Assembly: GCA_963705255.1 (NCBI GenBank)
Contig: OY970061.1
Coordinates: forward strand, 992,001-1,056,000
Origin: an uncultured Methanoregulaceae archaeon
GTDB lineage: Archaea; Halobacteriota; Methanomicrobia; Methanomicrobiales; Methanospirillaceae
Length of the DNA stretch: 64,000 nucleotides
Direction of reading: 5' to 3'
Part shown: one piece after another, positions 33,131 through 43,671 of the stretch
How positions within the stretch are numbered: the stretch's first letter is position 1
How the letters are laid out: each line of letters opens with the position of its first letter
Program-made: the position numbers and the translations under genes
The notes under the pieces: model-generated
What the model saw: the letters and a program-made list of their open reading frames with translations, nothing else
Databases searched by the model: none
Told to the model about the DNA's origin: nothing

Positions 33131-33872
33131 CGGTATCGATCGTGCTCAGGGGACCGATGTACGTCCCGTCGGCAAGGATGATCTCGGCTTCGTCCTGTTT
33201 CATGCACCGCGAGAGGGGCGAGAACGGGTTCTTCGTGATCTGGAGGATATCATAGCCGGCAATTTCGTTGAACGAAGGTACGAACAGGACGCGGGTGGGT
33301 GTTCCCGGGCCCGCAGGTTCCTGCAGGCCAAGTCTCTCCATATCGAGCCCGGCCCGGAGGTATGCCGGTGCCTGGAGCGCACAGCCGACATCATCCCTGA
33401 GGGAGAGGAGCGGGTGGTGGTGACCGACAACCATCAGGTGCCCTGATAGTGCCGCAGACGGGTACATGTGCCCGTGCAGGTACCCGACACCATCGATAAC
33501 CGCACCCTCTTTCGGCCTGAGCTCGTCTTTCCGGACGAAGCGCTCGATGCCGATATCGTGATTGCCGGGGAAGAGCACCAGGGGAATGCGGTCCCTGATC
33601 GACCTGAGGATTCCGGGCATCTCATAGAACTCCTGACGGGTGAGCGACGGGATGCTGTGCTTCACGTCGCCGAGCAGCACAAGAGCGTCCGCATCCGCCC
33701 GGTCGATCACTTTCAGGAGGCGTTCGAGCCTGTCGGCACTCCTGCTCCGGAAATGCAGTCCGTGTGCACGGAGGTCGGCCTCGATCCCGAAGTGGAGGTC
33801 GGCGACGATGAGCAGTCGCTCTTCCCCTTCAATCACGAGAGCCGGGCCATCACCGATAAATTCCAGTTTCAT
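33117..33872 (-). CDS. Metallophosphoesterase (Lhr-associated)
   Basis: ADLHFG, LGDVKH, GNHD, HGH, GHHHP. Confidence 0.9.
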   Translation of the reverse strand: MKLEFIGDGPALVIEGEERLLIVADLHFGIEADLRAHGLHFRSRSADRLERLLKVIDRADADALVLLGDVKHSIPSLTRQEFYEMPGILRSIRDRIPLVLFPGNHDIGIERFVRKDELRPKEGAVIDGVGYLHGHMYPSAALSGHLMVVGHHHPLLSLRDDVGCALQAPAYLRAGLDMERLGLQEPAGPGTPTRVLFVPSFNEIAGYDILQITKNPFSPLSRCMKQDEAEIILADGTYIGPLSTIDTDEGD

Positions 33873-34642
33873 AACCGTTTGACAAACCCCTTCTGGGGCT
33901 GGTAACACTCGTCTTCAACGATAAGTGATTCAATTGCTGACAAGACCGCGTCCCCGGGGATACCCCGGAGGGACGCAGCCCCGATGATCTCTTCAACTGC
34001 AATTCCTCTCGGCCCGCTCTGCACCTGCATCAGTTCAAGCACCAGTGCGCGGGCATCAGGCCGGCTCTCCGGTGGATTTGTGCCATCGGGACAGGTGCTC
34101 CGGACCGCTCCGTCAACCATCAGGAGCAGGTCCTCAAGCACGGCCGCGGTCACGGCATAGTGGCGGTATGCACGCGTGACCCGCGCATCCGTGCATTCTC
34201 CCTCAAGGGCACGGGACATCTGCTCAAGTCGTCCGAGCGTCGCTTCGGCAGTACCGAGGGTTATCCTGTCGCGCGTGGCACGGTCGATCACCCGGACATA
34301 CTCCGGGCGGACAGAGAGACTGACCGTCTGGTTCTTCTGGTATATCTGTGCCTGCCCGGTCAGGGATACGAAGGATGGCACGGGAATTTTTCTGAACGTT
34401 TCAGCAATGGCCGTACTCCTGCCCCCGCTTACGACATCGAATGCACCGGTGGGATCTGCCACCCGGCACCGGATCATATCCCCGGAATCGTTCACTTCGG
34501 TCAGGGCACCGGCAAGGTACATGAGGCGGCACCATGCACCACCCGGGGTAACCACCGCCGGAGGGGACCCGGGGTCACCACAGGGTGCCGACAGGGTCGA
34601 ACGGCTGAACTCGCCGGCAAATACTCGTGCTGTGCCTTCCAT
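33869..34642 (-). CDS. RPA32-like OB-fold protein with C-terminal winged helix
   Basis: ARVFAGEF, VTPGGAWCR, GALTE, RVADPTG, SVRPE, CYQP..G. Confidence 0.8.
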   Translation of the reverse strand: MEGTARVFAGEFSRSTLSAPCGDPGSPPAVVTPGGAWCRLMYLAGALTEVNDSGDMIRCRVADPTGAFDVVSGGRSTAIAETFRKIPVPSFVSLTGQAQIYQKNQTVSLSVRPEYVRVIDRATRDRITLGTAEATLGRLEQMSRALEGECTDARVTRAYRHYAVTAAVLEDLLLMVDGAVRSTCPDGTNPPESRPDARALVLELMQVQSGPRGIAVEEIIGAASLRGIPGDAVLSAIESLIVEDECYQPQKGFVKRL

Positions 34643-34774
34643 ACTCCGTAACAGGATTGTGGCGGGGAGATATTCAAGATATAGTCAGTGCCAAGCGGCT
34701 GAAAAGTCCTTAACAGCTTATTCATGTCGTATGATAATACAGAGCACGATCCGGGAGCCATCAATCCGCAATCT

Positions 34775-35400
34775 GTACGGACATTTTGACACTGAAGAAG
34801 ACAGGGATCCAACCAGAGATTGTATTGACAGATCATGACGATGAGAGAAAAGGTACTCTGTAGAGAGCCTGTCAGTGTCCATTTTTTGTAAAATACTTGA
34901 AGAGGCTATGAGGGTGACCCCCTCTCTCATGTCGCAGAACTCTGACGAGTTCTTCTCCAGTCTACTCTTCCCTTCGGGAACAGCAGTCTCCCCGGAGGGG
35001 GAGGCAGCGAAGATGCGAATGCATCTTCTCGATATCGTAGTCTGATGACTACTCAATCAGCCCAAGGGGTGCATCCCCTTGAATCTCTGAGAGGTCTTCA
35101 GACCTCGAAGAGGAGAAGGGAGGCAAGAGCCGACCTTCGACCCGTCTATTAGTCCCCCGTTCTCTTGAGAATTTCTCGCTAACCTTCTGAGTGACTATCG
35201 CATTATGGAGGAAATCTGCCGTTGCCCAAGGCAAGGGCAGATTCGAGAAGATGCGAGAGCATCTTCGCTGTGCCCTGGTGGCAGGCAATTCGAAGAACGC
35301 TGACGCGTTCTTCTCTTGTCTCCATGACTTCGTCATGTCGACATCCCCAAGAGCGTCATGACATTGTTCCAATGATTTTTACAGAGCCAAAAAAGGCTCC
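34775..35400. ncRNA. Candidate large structured non-coding element
   Basis: More than 10 hairpins of 5-13 bp in about 620 bp, internal inverted and direct repeats, no credible ORF. Confidence 0.45.
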
Positions 35401-35419
35401 TCTCGTAGTCCAGGACCCT

Positions 35420-35929
35420 TCAGATGACAGGTGGTTTGAGTGTCGGGTCAAGGGCAGTTGCATTCGAATATGCTGCTCTTGCCTCTTCAAGCCTTCCAAG
35501 GTTCCTGAGCGCATTCCCCTTGTTGAACCACGCGATAGACTGCAGGGTGGTCATGTTGCCCTTGTAGGAAAGCGCAGCGTCAGCTGCGGTAATAGCTTCG
35601 TTGTTCCGACCGAGTTCCACGAGTATCCCGGCCCGGTTTGCCTGGATGAGTGGGATGAGCGAAGTGGCGTTCAGGGTAAGGGCCTGGTCTGCATCAGACA
35701 GAGCTTCACTATAATTACCGGCGTTGGCCAGGTCGACACTCTTCGTATACAATGCCCCGGCCTGCTGGAATCGGGTGGCTTCGTCTTTTGGCGATGGCGG
35801 CTGGAAGGTCAAAAAGATCGCTGCCACAATCACAACTGCCGCAACCACACCGGCTACAAGCAGGTAATTCCGGATTTTTCCGGGGGATTTTTTTGGAGCG
35901 TTATCTGCCGGTTTTTTGGAGGGTTTCAT
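35420..35929 (-). CDS. Membrane-anchored TPR protein
   Basis: N-terminal TM helix; AWFNKGNALRNLGRLEEA TPR. Confidence 0.85.
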   Translation of the reverse strand: MKPSKKPADNAPKKSPGKIRNYLLVAGVVAAVVIVAAIFLTFQPPSPKDEATRFQQAGALYTKSVDLANAGNYSEALSDADQALTLNATSLIPLIQANRAGILVELGRNNEAITAADAALSYKGNMTTLQSIAWFNKGNALRNLGRLEEARAAYSNATALDPTLKPPVI

Positions 35930-35977
35930 CCTTCACCGGTATGTGAGTTATCGGTATTAAAGGAAATGAAAAAAGAG

Positions 35978-37000
35978 CTATTTTTTCCAGAGAATCACCG
36001 CGACAGCGCCGATGATTCCTGCAACTGCAAGTACGGCCGGCAGGGGCGCATAGGTCGTCTTCTTTGCGACCGGCGAGGTCGTTGCGACCGTCGTGGCCTG
36101 GAAAGTCGGCGTTGTTGTGGAAGCAACAGGCTGCGTTGTCAGTACCGGTTGGGGGCCCGTCGTCGAAGGGACTGCGGTCTGATCGCTGACAAAGGTGACG
36201 TTCGCTGTCGTTGACAGCAGCCCGGGATAGTTCACCGGACTGCCCGGATAACTGTCCTGCATGCCGTTGAGGTTCTGGGTTACGGTAAACGTGTAGGTCC
36301 CAAGGGGATAGATGATATATCCCTGGGCATTGCGGGCCAGGCGGTCCCATGCTTCCCCCTGGCTCCAGAAGTAGGGAGACGATGGGATGGGCGGGTTGGT
36401 ATTCACGATAAGGAGAGGTGCACTGGAATTCCCGGCATCTCCGGTATAGATGGTGGTTAACGTCTTTCCATTGGGATCGGTGAGCGTGAACGTATAGGGG
36501 GAATCGGCGGGATTGGAGTTGGGCCTGTTCAGCGGGCTGAGTGCCGCGGCAAGGTTCGTATCGATCCGGTACGTGACATTTGACGACACGGGAACGGACT
36601 GGCCTGTCACGTCACTGTTGTTGTCAAGATCCCAGACCTTGATATCTATCTGGGGTTCGTTCACCGTGAAGGCGGTATAATAGGGTTTGCTGTCCACGCA
36701 ATACCAGGAACCGGTATACCCGGAGAATATGTCCGGGCTGAAATTGAAGTGATATATCCGGTATGAATCCGAACCGATAGCATAAATCGTGAGATTGGTC
36801 ACTGCCGGTACGCTGTTGATGTCGCTGCCGTTCTGCCACCAGGCTATCGTATGGCACCCGTTGAGTCCGGAGGAGATATCCACATTATTTTCTCCGATGA
36901 ATACCGGGGCACCTGCAGAAATTTTGCTCAAGCTGCCCGCCACTGGTGAAGCGACAAGAAGGATTACGATAAGAGCGGGCAAAATATATTTTCCGTGCAT
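35978..37000 (-). CDS. DUF3821-like secreted surface protein with C-terminal anchor
   Basis: Signal peptide, GAPVFIGE..VDIS, Thr/Pro linker, TTYAPLP + TM + KK. Confidence 0.8.
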   Translation of the reverse strand: MHGKYILPALIVILLVASPVAGSLSKISAGAPVFIGENNVDISSGLNGCHTIAWWQNGSDINSVPAVTNLTIYAIGSDSYRIYHFNFSPDIFSGYTGSWYCVDSKPYYTAFTVNEPQIDIKVWDLDNNSDVTGQSVPVSSNVTYRIDTNLAAALSPLNRPNSNPADSPYTFTLTDPNGKTLTTIYTGDAGNSSAPLLIVNTNPPIPSSPYFWSQGEAWDRLARNAQGYIIYPLGTYTFTVTQNLNGMQDSYPGSPVNYPGLLSTTANVTFVSDQTAVPSTTGPQPVLTTQPVASTTTPTFQATTVATTSPVAKKTTYAPLPAVLAVAGIIGAVAVILWKK

Positions 37001-37147
37001 GAAAGTAATTTCAAAACCATTATGATAAACATTATGACATTTATTAAAAACAGCGGGCAATTTTCCCATAAACACAGGTTTCTCAAGGAAAGAGATCCAA
37101 TACGGTTCACAGGAACCCATATGTCCTGCCCGATGAGATGATACATC

Positions 37148-38116
37148 ATGGATGATACCCACACCATCTGGATAGAGAAATACCGTCCTGCGAAGCTGGC
37201 TGATATTGTCGGGCAGGACGAGATAGTGGAGCGGTTGTCATCGTACGTTAAAAGCGGTAACCTGCCGCACCTCCTTTTTACCGGCAGCGCGGGCATCGGA
37301 AAGACTACGGCCGCGGTGACGCTGGCCCGCGAATTTTTCAGGGATTCATGGCAGATGAACTTCCGGGAACTGAACGCTTCGGATGAACGGGGTATCGATG
37401 TTGTCAGAAACCAGATCAAGCAGTTCGCCCGGACCACCCCCCTCGGGGATGCCACCTTCAAGATCCTCTTCCTGGATGAAGCCGATGCCCTGACGATCGA
37501 TGCCCAGGCAGCCCTGCGCCGGACCATGGAGAGTTATGCCCAGACCTGCCGGTTCATCCTTTCCTGCAACTATTCATCGAAAATAATCGATCCGATCCAG
37601 AGCAGGTGCGCCATCTACCGGTTCAAGCCACTGGGGGCTGAGGCCATAAAAGAAGAGATACGCCGCATCGCAGCCCGGGAGAATCTTTCCATAACCGGCA
37701 GCGCGATGGAGGCCATCGTCTACATTGCGCAAGGCGACATGCGCAAGGCGATCAACGCCGTGCAGGGCGCAGCGATACTCAATACTGCCATTGACGAGAA
37801 GATGGTGTACGCCATAACCTCGACCGCCCGGCCGGACGAGATCGACGAACTTCTCACCCTCTCGCTCAGCGGGGACTTTGATGCAGCGGAGTCGGTCCTC
37901 GCCCACCTCATCCACGAGCGGGGAATTGCTCCGAACGAGCTGATAAACCAGTGCTACCGTGCGCTGGTGAAACGGGACGTGGACAGGAAGCTGAAAGTTG
38001 AACTGATCGACCACATCGGCGAGACGGACTTCCGCCTCTCGGAAGGGGCGAACAGTGACATCCAGATGGAAGCGCTCATCGCGCGTTTCGTCCTTTCCGC
38101 GCAGAAGAACCGGTGA
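37148..38116 (+). CDS. rfcS: Replication factor C small subunit
   Basis: [32 protein letters not shown]. Confidence 0.96.
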   Translation: MDDTHTIWIEKYRPAKLADIVGQDEIVERLSSYVKSGNLPHLLFTGSAGIGKTTAAVTLAREFFRDSWQMNFRELNASDERGIDVVRNQIKQFARTTPLGDATFKILFLDEADALTIDAQAALRRTMESYAQTCRFILSCNYSSKIIDPIQSRCAIYRFKPLGAEAIKEEIRRIAARENLSITGSAMEAIVYIAQGDMRKAINAVQGAAILNTAIDEKMVYAITSTARPDEIDELLTLSLSGDFDAAESVLAHLIHERGIAPNELINQCYRALVKRDVDRKLKVELIDHIGETDFRLSEGANSDIQMEALIARFVLSAQKNR

Positions 38117-40233
38117 GTCAAACTATGGAGAATACCCCCTCTCTTCAGGATACGGATAAGACCGCGGACTGGAGCAGGCTGCTCAAAAGCAAATACAAAA
38201 AGGAGCTGGGGGAACTCTCCCGCGAATATCCCCACAAGCGGTCCCTTTACATTGATTACCGGGATGTTATCCGTGCCCATGGTGGTACAAAACTCGCGGA
38301 TGAACTCCTGGAGAATCCCGGAAAAGTCCTCGAGGATGTCTGGGATGCAATAAAAAACAGCCAGCTCGTCAGGACCAAAGACGGGAAAGAGCCAAAAGGT
38401 ATCAATATCCGTTTTACCAACCTCCCGAAAAAGACCGGCATCCGGCTTATCAGGTCAGATGATATCAACACCTTCGTTTCCGTTGAAGGCATCCTCCGCA
38501 AGACCACGGAGGTCCGGCCCCGCGTTGTCGAGGCAGTCTTCCGCTGTCCCGCCGGGCATTTCACGATAAAAAAGCAGAAATACGGGAAATTTATCGAACC
38601 GGACGGATGCGCCACAGACGGGTGCACGTTCAAGAAACTCGAGCTGGTGCCAAAACGGTCAAAATTCGTGGATTCCCAGAAGCTCCGGATCCAGGAGTCC
38701 CCGGAGGGGCTGCGCGGGGGGGAACAGCCCCAGACACTTGATATTGACGTGACCGACGACCTGTCCGGGAGGGTCTCACCGGGAGACCGGGTCATCATCA
38801 ACGGCATCCTCCGTTCCATGCAGAGGATTGTCAGAGGTGAGAAGAGCACGGTGTTCGACATCTTCCTCGAATGCAACTCCATCGAGATTGCAGAAAAAGA
38901 GTTTGAAGAGGTGGACATCGACGAGAAAGCCGAGGACGAGATCAGGGCCCTCAGCAAAGACCCGATGATCTACCGGATGATCACCCACTCGATTGCACCC
39001 ACGATCTATGGCAGTGAAGACGTGAAACAGGCCATCGCACTCCAGCTCTTTGGGGGTATCGCAAAGGAGATGCCCGACGGCACCCACCTCCGGGGGGATA
39101 TCCATGTCCTGCTCATCGGGGACCCGGGCATTGCAAAAAGCCAGTTGCTGAGGTACGTGGTAAAACTCTCCCCCCGCGCGATTTACACAAGCGGCCAGTC
39201 ATCCACTGCAGCCGGGCTCACGGCAACCGCGGTGAAGGATGAGTTCGGGGAAGGCCGCTGGACTCTCGAAGCGGGGGCACTCGTGCTCGCGGACATGGGC
39301 GTTGCAGCAGTCGACGAGATGGACAAGATGGAGAAAGGTGATCGGTCCGCACTCCACGAGGCCATGGAGCAGCAGTCCATCAGCGTGGCAAAGGCGGGTA
39401 TAACCGCAACACTCAAGTCGCGGTGTGCACTCCTCGGTGCGGCGAACCCTAAGTATGGCAGGTTCGATATGTTCGGGGACATCTCGGACCAGATCAATAT
39501 GCCCCCGTCACTGCTCTCCCGGTTCGACCTTATCTTCATCATGACAGACCAGCCCGAACAGAAACGGGACCTCGCGATCGCCGAACACATCCTCAAGGCT
39601 CACAGCACAGGCGAACTGATCGCCCAGCACAAGAAGACCCCCATCCCGGGGGTCACGGACGATTACATCCAGCAGCAGCTCAAACCCGTGATGCCGGACA
39701 TCGACCCTTCCCTCTTCCGCAAATACGTCGCGTACTCGAAACGTTCCTGCTACCCCATACTCTCACCGGAAGCACAAGAGGTCCTTGTCGCATACTATCT
39801 CAAACTGAGAGGGATTGCCGAGCCCAACAAACCCGTGCCGGTGACCGCCCGCCAGCTCGAGGCGCTCGTGCGGCTTGCGGAAGCAAGCGCGCGGATCCGC
39901 CTGTCAGATACAATCGAGCAGAGCGACGCAGAACGGGTGATCCATATCGTGGATGCCTGCCTGCGCCAGATCGCGTACGATGCGAAGACGGGGACGTTCG
40001 ATATCGACAAGGTCGTCACAGGCATCTCCAAGGAGAAACGTGACATTGTGCGGGTGATCAAGGACGCCATCCGCGACATTGGCGGAGAGGGAAGGCGCGC
40101 CGGGATTGACCAGGTCATCGACGCGGCCAGTTCCAAGGGGTTCGCGCGGGAAAAGGTCAAAGAAGGGATTGACATGCTTCTCCGGCATGGAGAGGCCATG
40201 GAACCGAAATCAGGGATAATCCAGTTGATATAA
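38113..40233 (+). CDS. mcm: MCM replicative helicase
   Basis: [27 protein letters not shown]; no intein visible. Confidence 0.97.
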   Translation: MSQTMENTPSLQDTDKTADWSRLLKSKYKKELGELSREYPHKRSLYIDYRDVIRAHGGTKLADELLENPGKVLEDVWDAIKNSQLVRTKDGKEPKGINIRFTNLPKKTGIRLIRSDDINTFVSVEGILRKTTEVRPRVVEAVFRCPAGHFTIKKQKYGKFIEPDGCATDGCTFKKLELVPKRSKFVDSQKLRIQESPEGLRGGEQPQTLDIDVTDDLSGRVSPGDRVIINGILRSMQRIVRGEKSTVFDIFLECNSIEIAEKEFEEVDIDEKAEDEIRALSKDPMIYRMITHSIAPTIYGSEDVKQAIALQLFGGIAKEMPDGTHLRGDIHVLLIGDPGIAKSQLLRYVVKLSPRAIYTSGQSSTAAGLTATAVKDEFGEGRWTLEAGALVLADMGVAAVDEMDKMEKGDRSALHEAMEQQSISVAKAGITATLKSRCALLGAANPKYGRFDMFGDISDQINMPPSLLSRFDLIFIMTDQPEQKRDLAIAEHILKAHSTGELIAQHKKTPIPGVTDDYIQQQLKPVMPDIDPSLFRKYVAYSKRSCYPILSPEAQEVLVAYYLKLRGIAEPNKPVPVTARQLEALVRLAEASARIRLSDTIEQSDAERVIHIVDACLRQIAYDAKTGTFDIDKVVTGISKEKRDIVRVIKDAIRDIGGEGRRAGIDQVIDAASSKGFAREKVKEGIDMLLRHGEAMEPKSGIIQLI

Positions 40234-40242
40234 GGTGCAGCT

Positions 40243-40596
40243 ATGGGAAGTGACAGGGAGCAGGCAGTTTTTGAAGCAGGGATCAAACTGGGAGCGCTCT
40301 ACCACCAGTGGGTTGGTACCCCAATCTCGCGCGGATCCGCGTCCAGCATCGAAACTGCAATCGAACATGCTGTCATCCTCCAGCCATTTGTTGAAGAGAT
40401 CACGGTGCGCCTCGATCGCAGCCGGATGACCGGGAACAGGTTCGGGTACAGCGAACTCTCAGGACTGATGTTTGACGTCGAGATCGTGACCCGGGTTGGG
40501 TTTGCCTATTGCAGGGCCCGGCTCAGCCCCTCGGGTGGTTATCCCCTTATGCAGATTGCGGAGTGCAATGAGATCCCCGAAATTTCCCGTCACTGA
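40243..40596 (+). CDS. mptD: Archaeal dihydroneopterin aldolase (DUF381)
   Basis: FEAGIKLGALYHQWVGTP, GYSELSG, YPLM. Confidence 0.85.
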   Translation: MGSDREQAVFEAGIKLGALYHQWVGTPISRGSASSIETAIEHAVILQPFVEEITVRLDRSRMTGNRFGYSELSGLMFDVEIVTRVGFAYCRARLSPSGGYPLMQIAECNEIPEISRH

Positions 40597-41398
40597 CGAC
40601 CACATCCATATCGATCCGCTCAATGGCCGCGGCATGGAGGCCGCCAAAGACTTTCTCCGGGCTGGGGGGACCCACCTGTTTCTGGTCTCGAAACCCTCGT
40701 GGTCGTTATCGGTCCACCCGGTATCGGGTATGGATTTTACCCGTGTCTTTGACGAAACGATCCGGATCGCCGGTATGATTGCCGATACCGGCGTTGTTGT
40801 CTACCCGGTACTGGGCGTGCATCCTGCTGAGATCAGCCGCCTCACCGACCGCATGTCCCTGGAAGAGGCGGCAGGCGTCATGAAAGGCGGGCTTGACTGC
40901 GCTGCACGGTATGTACAGGAAGGAAAAGCAGTTGCACTGAAAAGCGGGAGACCTCATTATGATGTGAGCCCCGAAAGCCTCGCAGCATCAAATGATGTCC
41001 TCGCGCACGCCCTCGCACTCGCGCATGACTGCCGGTGCGCCCTGCAGGTCCATGCCGAGAGCGGACCATGTGCGGATATCGCGGATATGGCACGACAGGC
41101 CGGAGTAACGACAGACAGGGTGGTGAAACACTATGGTTCCCCGGATACACCGCTGCACCCTTCCCTCATTGCAAAACACGAAGCCATCCCCGGCCTTGTC
41201 CGGTCGATGCGGCCATTTACCATGGAGAGTGATTACATGGACGAGAACTCTCGTCCCGGTGCAGTGACAGGCCCAAAATCAGTCCCCCGGTATACCAACA
41301 AGCTCCTCGAATCCGGACAGATCACGGAAGAGGACTGTTTCCGGATCCATGCGGAGACCATCGGGAAAGTCTACGGAGTTACCATTCTCCTGCCGTGA
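40568..41398 (+). CDS. TatD-family hydrolase
   Basis: DDHIH, GVHPAE, GRPHY, QVHAE, VVKH, ESDYMD. Confidence 0.88.
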   Translation: MRSPKFPVTDDHIHIDPLNGRGMEAAKDFLRAGGTHLFLVSKPSWSLSVHPVSGMDFTRVFDETIRIAGMIADTGVVVYPVLGVHPAEISRLTDRMSLEEAAGVMKGGLDCAARYVQEGKAVALKSGRPHYDVSPESLAASNDVLAHALALAHDCRCALQVHAESGPCADIADMARQAGVTTDRVVKHYGSPDTPLHPSLIAKHEAIPGLVRSMRPFTMESDYMDENSRPGAVTGPKSVPRYTNKLLESGQITEEDCFRIHAETIGKVYGVTILLP

Positions 41399-41452
41399 CC
41401 GCCCCTGCCACAGACTCACCTTTTTTTATGCCGGCCATCCAATGAGCTATCA

Positions 41453-41746
41453 ATGTTTTTGAAGATCCATCGCTCGCCCGGCATGGGCGATGTTGTTGCC
41501 GTGTGCGATCGCGAACTTATCAATACGACGATACGCCATGACAGGATAACCGTCACCGTCACGGAAGCGTTCTATGGCAACCGCCCCGCAACCGAATCAG
41601 AGATCCGGGACGCCCTGACAAAAGCGGGCAACATCAACCTCATGGGGGAACGGGCCGTTGCTCTCGCCATTGAACTGGGACTTATCAGCCGGTCCGGCTG
41701 CATCATGATCGGGAAAGTGCCGCACGCACAGATCTACCAGCTATGA
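41453..41746 (+). CDS. DUF424 protein
   Basis: VVAVCDREL, FYG, NLMG..AV, IGKVPHAQ. Confidence 0.88.
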   Translation: MFLKIHRSPGMGDVVAVCDRELINTTIRHDRITVTVTEAFYGNRPATESEIRDALTKAGNINLMGERAVALAIELGLISRSGCIMIGKVPHAQIYQL

Positions 41747-42789
41747 CCCCGAGCATAAAGGACAATTTCTGCCCGAAATGCGGCCAGCCATCCGATAGTA
41801 CCGGGTTATGCACCCGGTGCAGGATCGGCAGCACTCCCTGGTTCACCTGCGACAGCCGGGTGAAAAATATCCTGTGCCCGAGCTGCGGGGCAACAAAAGA
41901 GGTGAATACCTGGACGGACAGCACCCGCGAACGGAGCGAACTGGCACCTGAACTTGCCAGGAGTGCCGTGCATTTCCATACGGATGCCCGGAAACCCTCT
42001 ATAGCGGTGACCGTTGAGGATATCAGCGTCAACCGCTCACGCGCAAACCTTACAATCCATGCAACCCTGTATAATAAACCGGTGGAGGGGACGTGCAGCG
42101 TCGAGATCCTCTGGCACAAGGAACAATGCGACCGCTGCAACCGCATCAGCGGGAGTTATTACGAGGGAATCGTCCAGGTGCGCGCCGAAGGGCGGATCCC
42201 GGGCACGTACGAGATCCAGACGGCCGCGTCCATCGCCCATCAGGTGGAAGACACCCTCCAGTCCGGGGGAGAACGCCTCTCATTCATCTCGGATATAACC
42301 GAGATCCGTGACGGGCTTGATATCGTCATCGGCTCCCAGCATATCGGGCTGCTCATCTCGCAGGGGATCGTTGCGCAGCTCGGAGGCAGGTACAGCTCGC
42401 ACCCGAAACTGGTGGGCGAGAAGAACGGCAGGCAGCTCTACCGGATCACCTATCTGGTGAGGTTGCCCCGTTTCCAGAAGCACGATGTGGTCAGATCCGG
42501 AAACCGGTATTACGAGGTGGAAAAAGTTGAATCCCACCACGTCCGCACCTTCGATCTCCGCGACGGCCAGTCAAGATCCATCCGGGAAAACGATATCGGA
42601 AGGATCATCGGCAATGCCCGGAATGCCGAACCGGCTCTGGTAGCCTTCGCGCACGGAGATTCTGTTGGCATCCTTGACCCGGGAAACCAGCAGACCCGTG
42701 ATTTAAGGCGGCTGCCGTGGACAACTATCAGGGCGGGAGACCACGTGAATATCCTCAGGGACGGGGATGAGCTCATCATTGTCAGGTAG
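41743..42789 (+). CDS. nmd3: NMD3 family ribosome export/biogenesis protein
   Basis: FCPKCG, CPSCG, CDRC...GSYYEGIVQVR, YRITYLVRLP. Confidence 0.9.
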   Translation: MTPSIKDNFCPKCGQPSDSTGLCTRCRIGSTPWFTCDSRVKNILCPSCGATKEVNTWTDSTRERSELAPELARSAVHFHTDARKPSIAVTVEDISVNRSRANLTIHATLYNKPVEGTCSVEILWHKEQCDRCNRISGSYYEGIVQVRAEGRIPGTYEIQTAASIAHQVEDTLQSGGERLSFISDITEIRDGLDIVIGSQHIGLLISQGIVAQLGGRYSSHPKLVGEKNGRQLYRITYLVRLPRFQKHDVVRSGNRYYEVEKVESHHVRTFDLRDGQSRSIRENDIGRIIGNARNAEPALVAFAHGDSVGILDPGNQQTRDLRRLPWTTIRAGDHVNILRDGDELIIVR

Positions 42790-42791
42790 CC

Positions 42792-43671
42792 ATGCGGGTA
42801 AGGGAAATACCGAGGGACAAACTCAGGGAGATCCGTTCGGCGGACTGGGTCGACCGTACCGAGGAGTCCCTTTGCCGAAGGAGATCGTGCCTGGGTACCG
42901 GTACGACCGGGTGAGCCGTTTGACCATGACCTCGGTAAAAGTCCCAACTATACCGGGCGCGGGTTCGTCATGATCGGCGACATCGCCGTTCTGCACGGCA
43001 AAAAGCCATCCTTTCCTGAAATTGAGGAGATTGTTCGATTCCGCAATCCCCGCGGGGTTCTCTGGATAGCGGCGCTCAGCGGCATGACAAGGACTCCGGA
43101 GACCGAGGTGCTCTGGGGCGAGGCGGGGGAGGTACGGCACCGGGAAAACGGGTACACCTTCATCCTCGACCCCCGGACCGTGATGTTTGCGCAGGGAAAC
43201 CGGAACGAGAAGATGAGGCTTGCACGGCTGGTGAGGAGCAGCCCGGGAACCGAACGGGTGGCCGACATGTTTGCCGGTATCGGGTACTTCTCCATTCCCC
43301 TTGCGGGAGCGGGGGCAGAAGTCCACGCAATGGAGATCAATCCGGTCCCGTTTGAATTCCTGAAGCGCACCATCCGGGAGAACGGGTTTTCCGATCGCAT
43401 AACACCAGCACTGGGAGATTGCCGGGACCTCCTGTCAGGAACCTATAACCGGATCGTGATGGGGCATTTCGATGCAATAACCATGCTTCCCCCGGCACTC
43501 GGGCATGTCGAGAGCGGGAGCATCATCCACCTCCATAGTATCGGCACGGTAGAAGACCGGATCCGGGAGTGTGCCGAAGGGGCAGGTTTTTCTGCAACTA
43601 TCCAGGTACATAAAGTAAAGAAATACCGCCCGCATGCATGGCATGTGGTGCAGGACGTGACCCTTTCATGA
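42792..43671 (+). CDS. Trm5/Taw2-family tRNA methyltransferase (frameshift near 42860)
   Basis: HRENG, MFAQGN..EK.R, DMFAGIGYFSIP, EINP, VKKY.P. N-terminus MRVREIP is in another frame. Confidence 0.85.

Noticed and set aside
34942-35220. Hammerhead ribozyme (CTGACGA/CTGATGA) or RNase P RNA (GAGGAAA)
   Set aside because: The CTGAYGA strings form hairpin loops with no correctly placed GAAA or stems. The RNase P P4 partner sequence was not found.
34718-35372. ORFs 34718..35056 and 35049..35372 as proteins
   Set aside because: Ser/Arg-rich, no recognisable motifs; better explained as by-products of the palindromic sequence.
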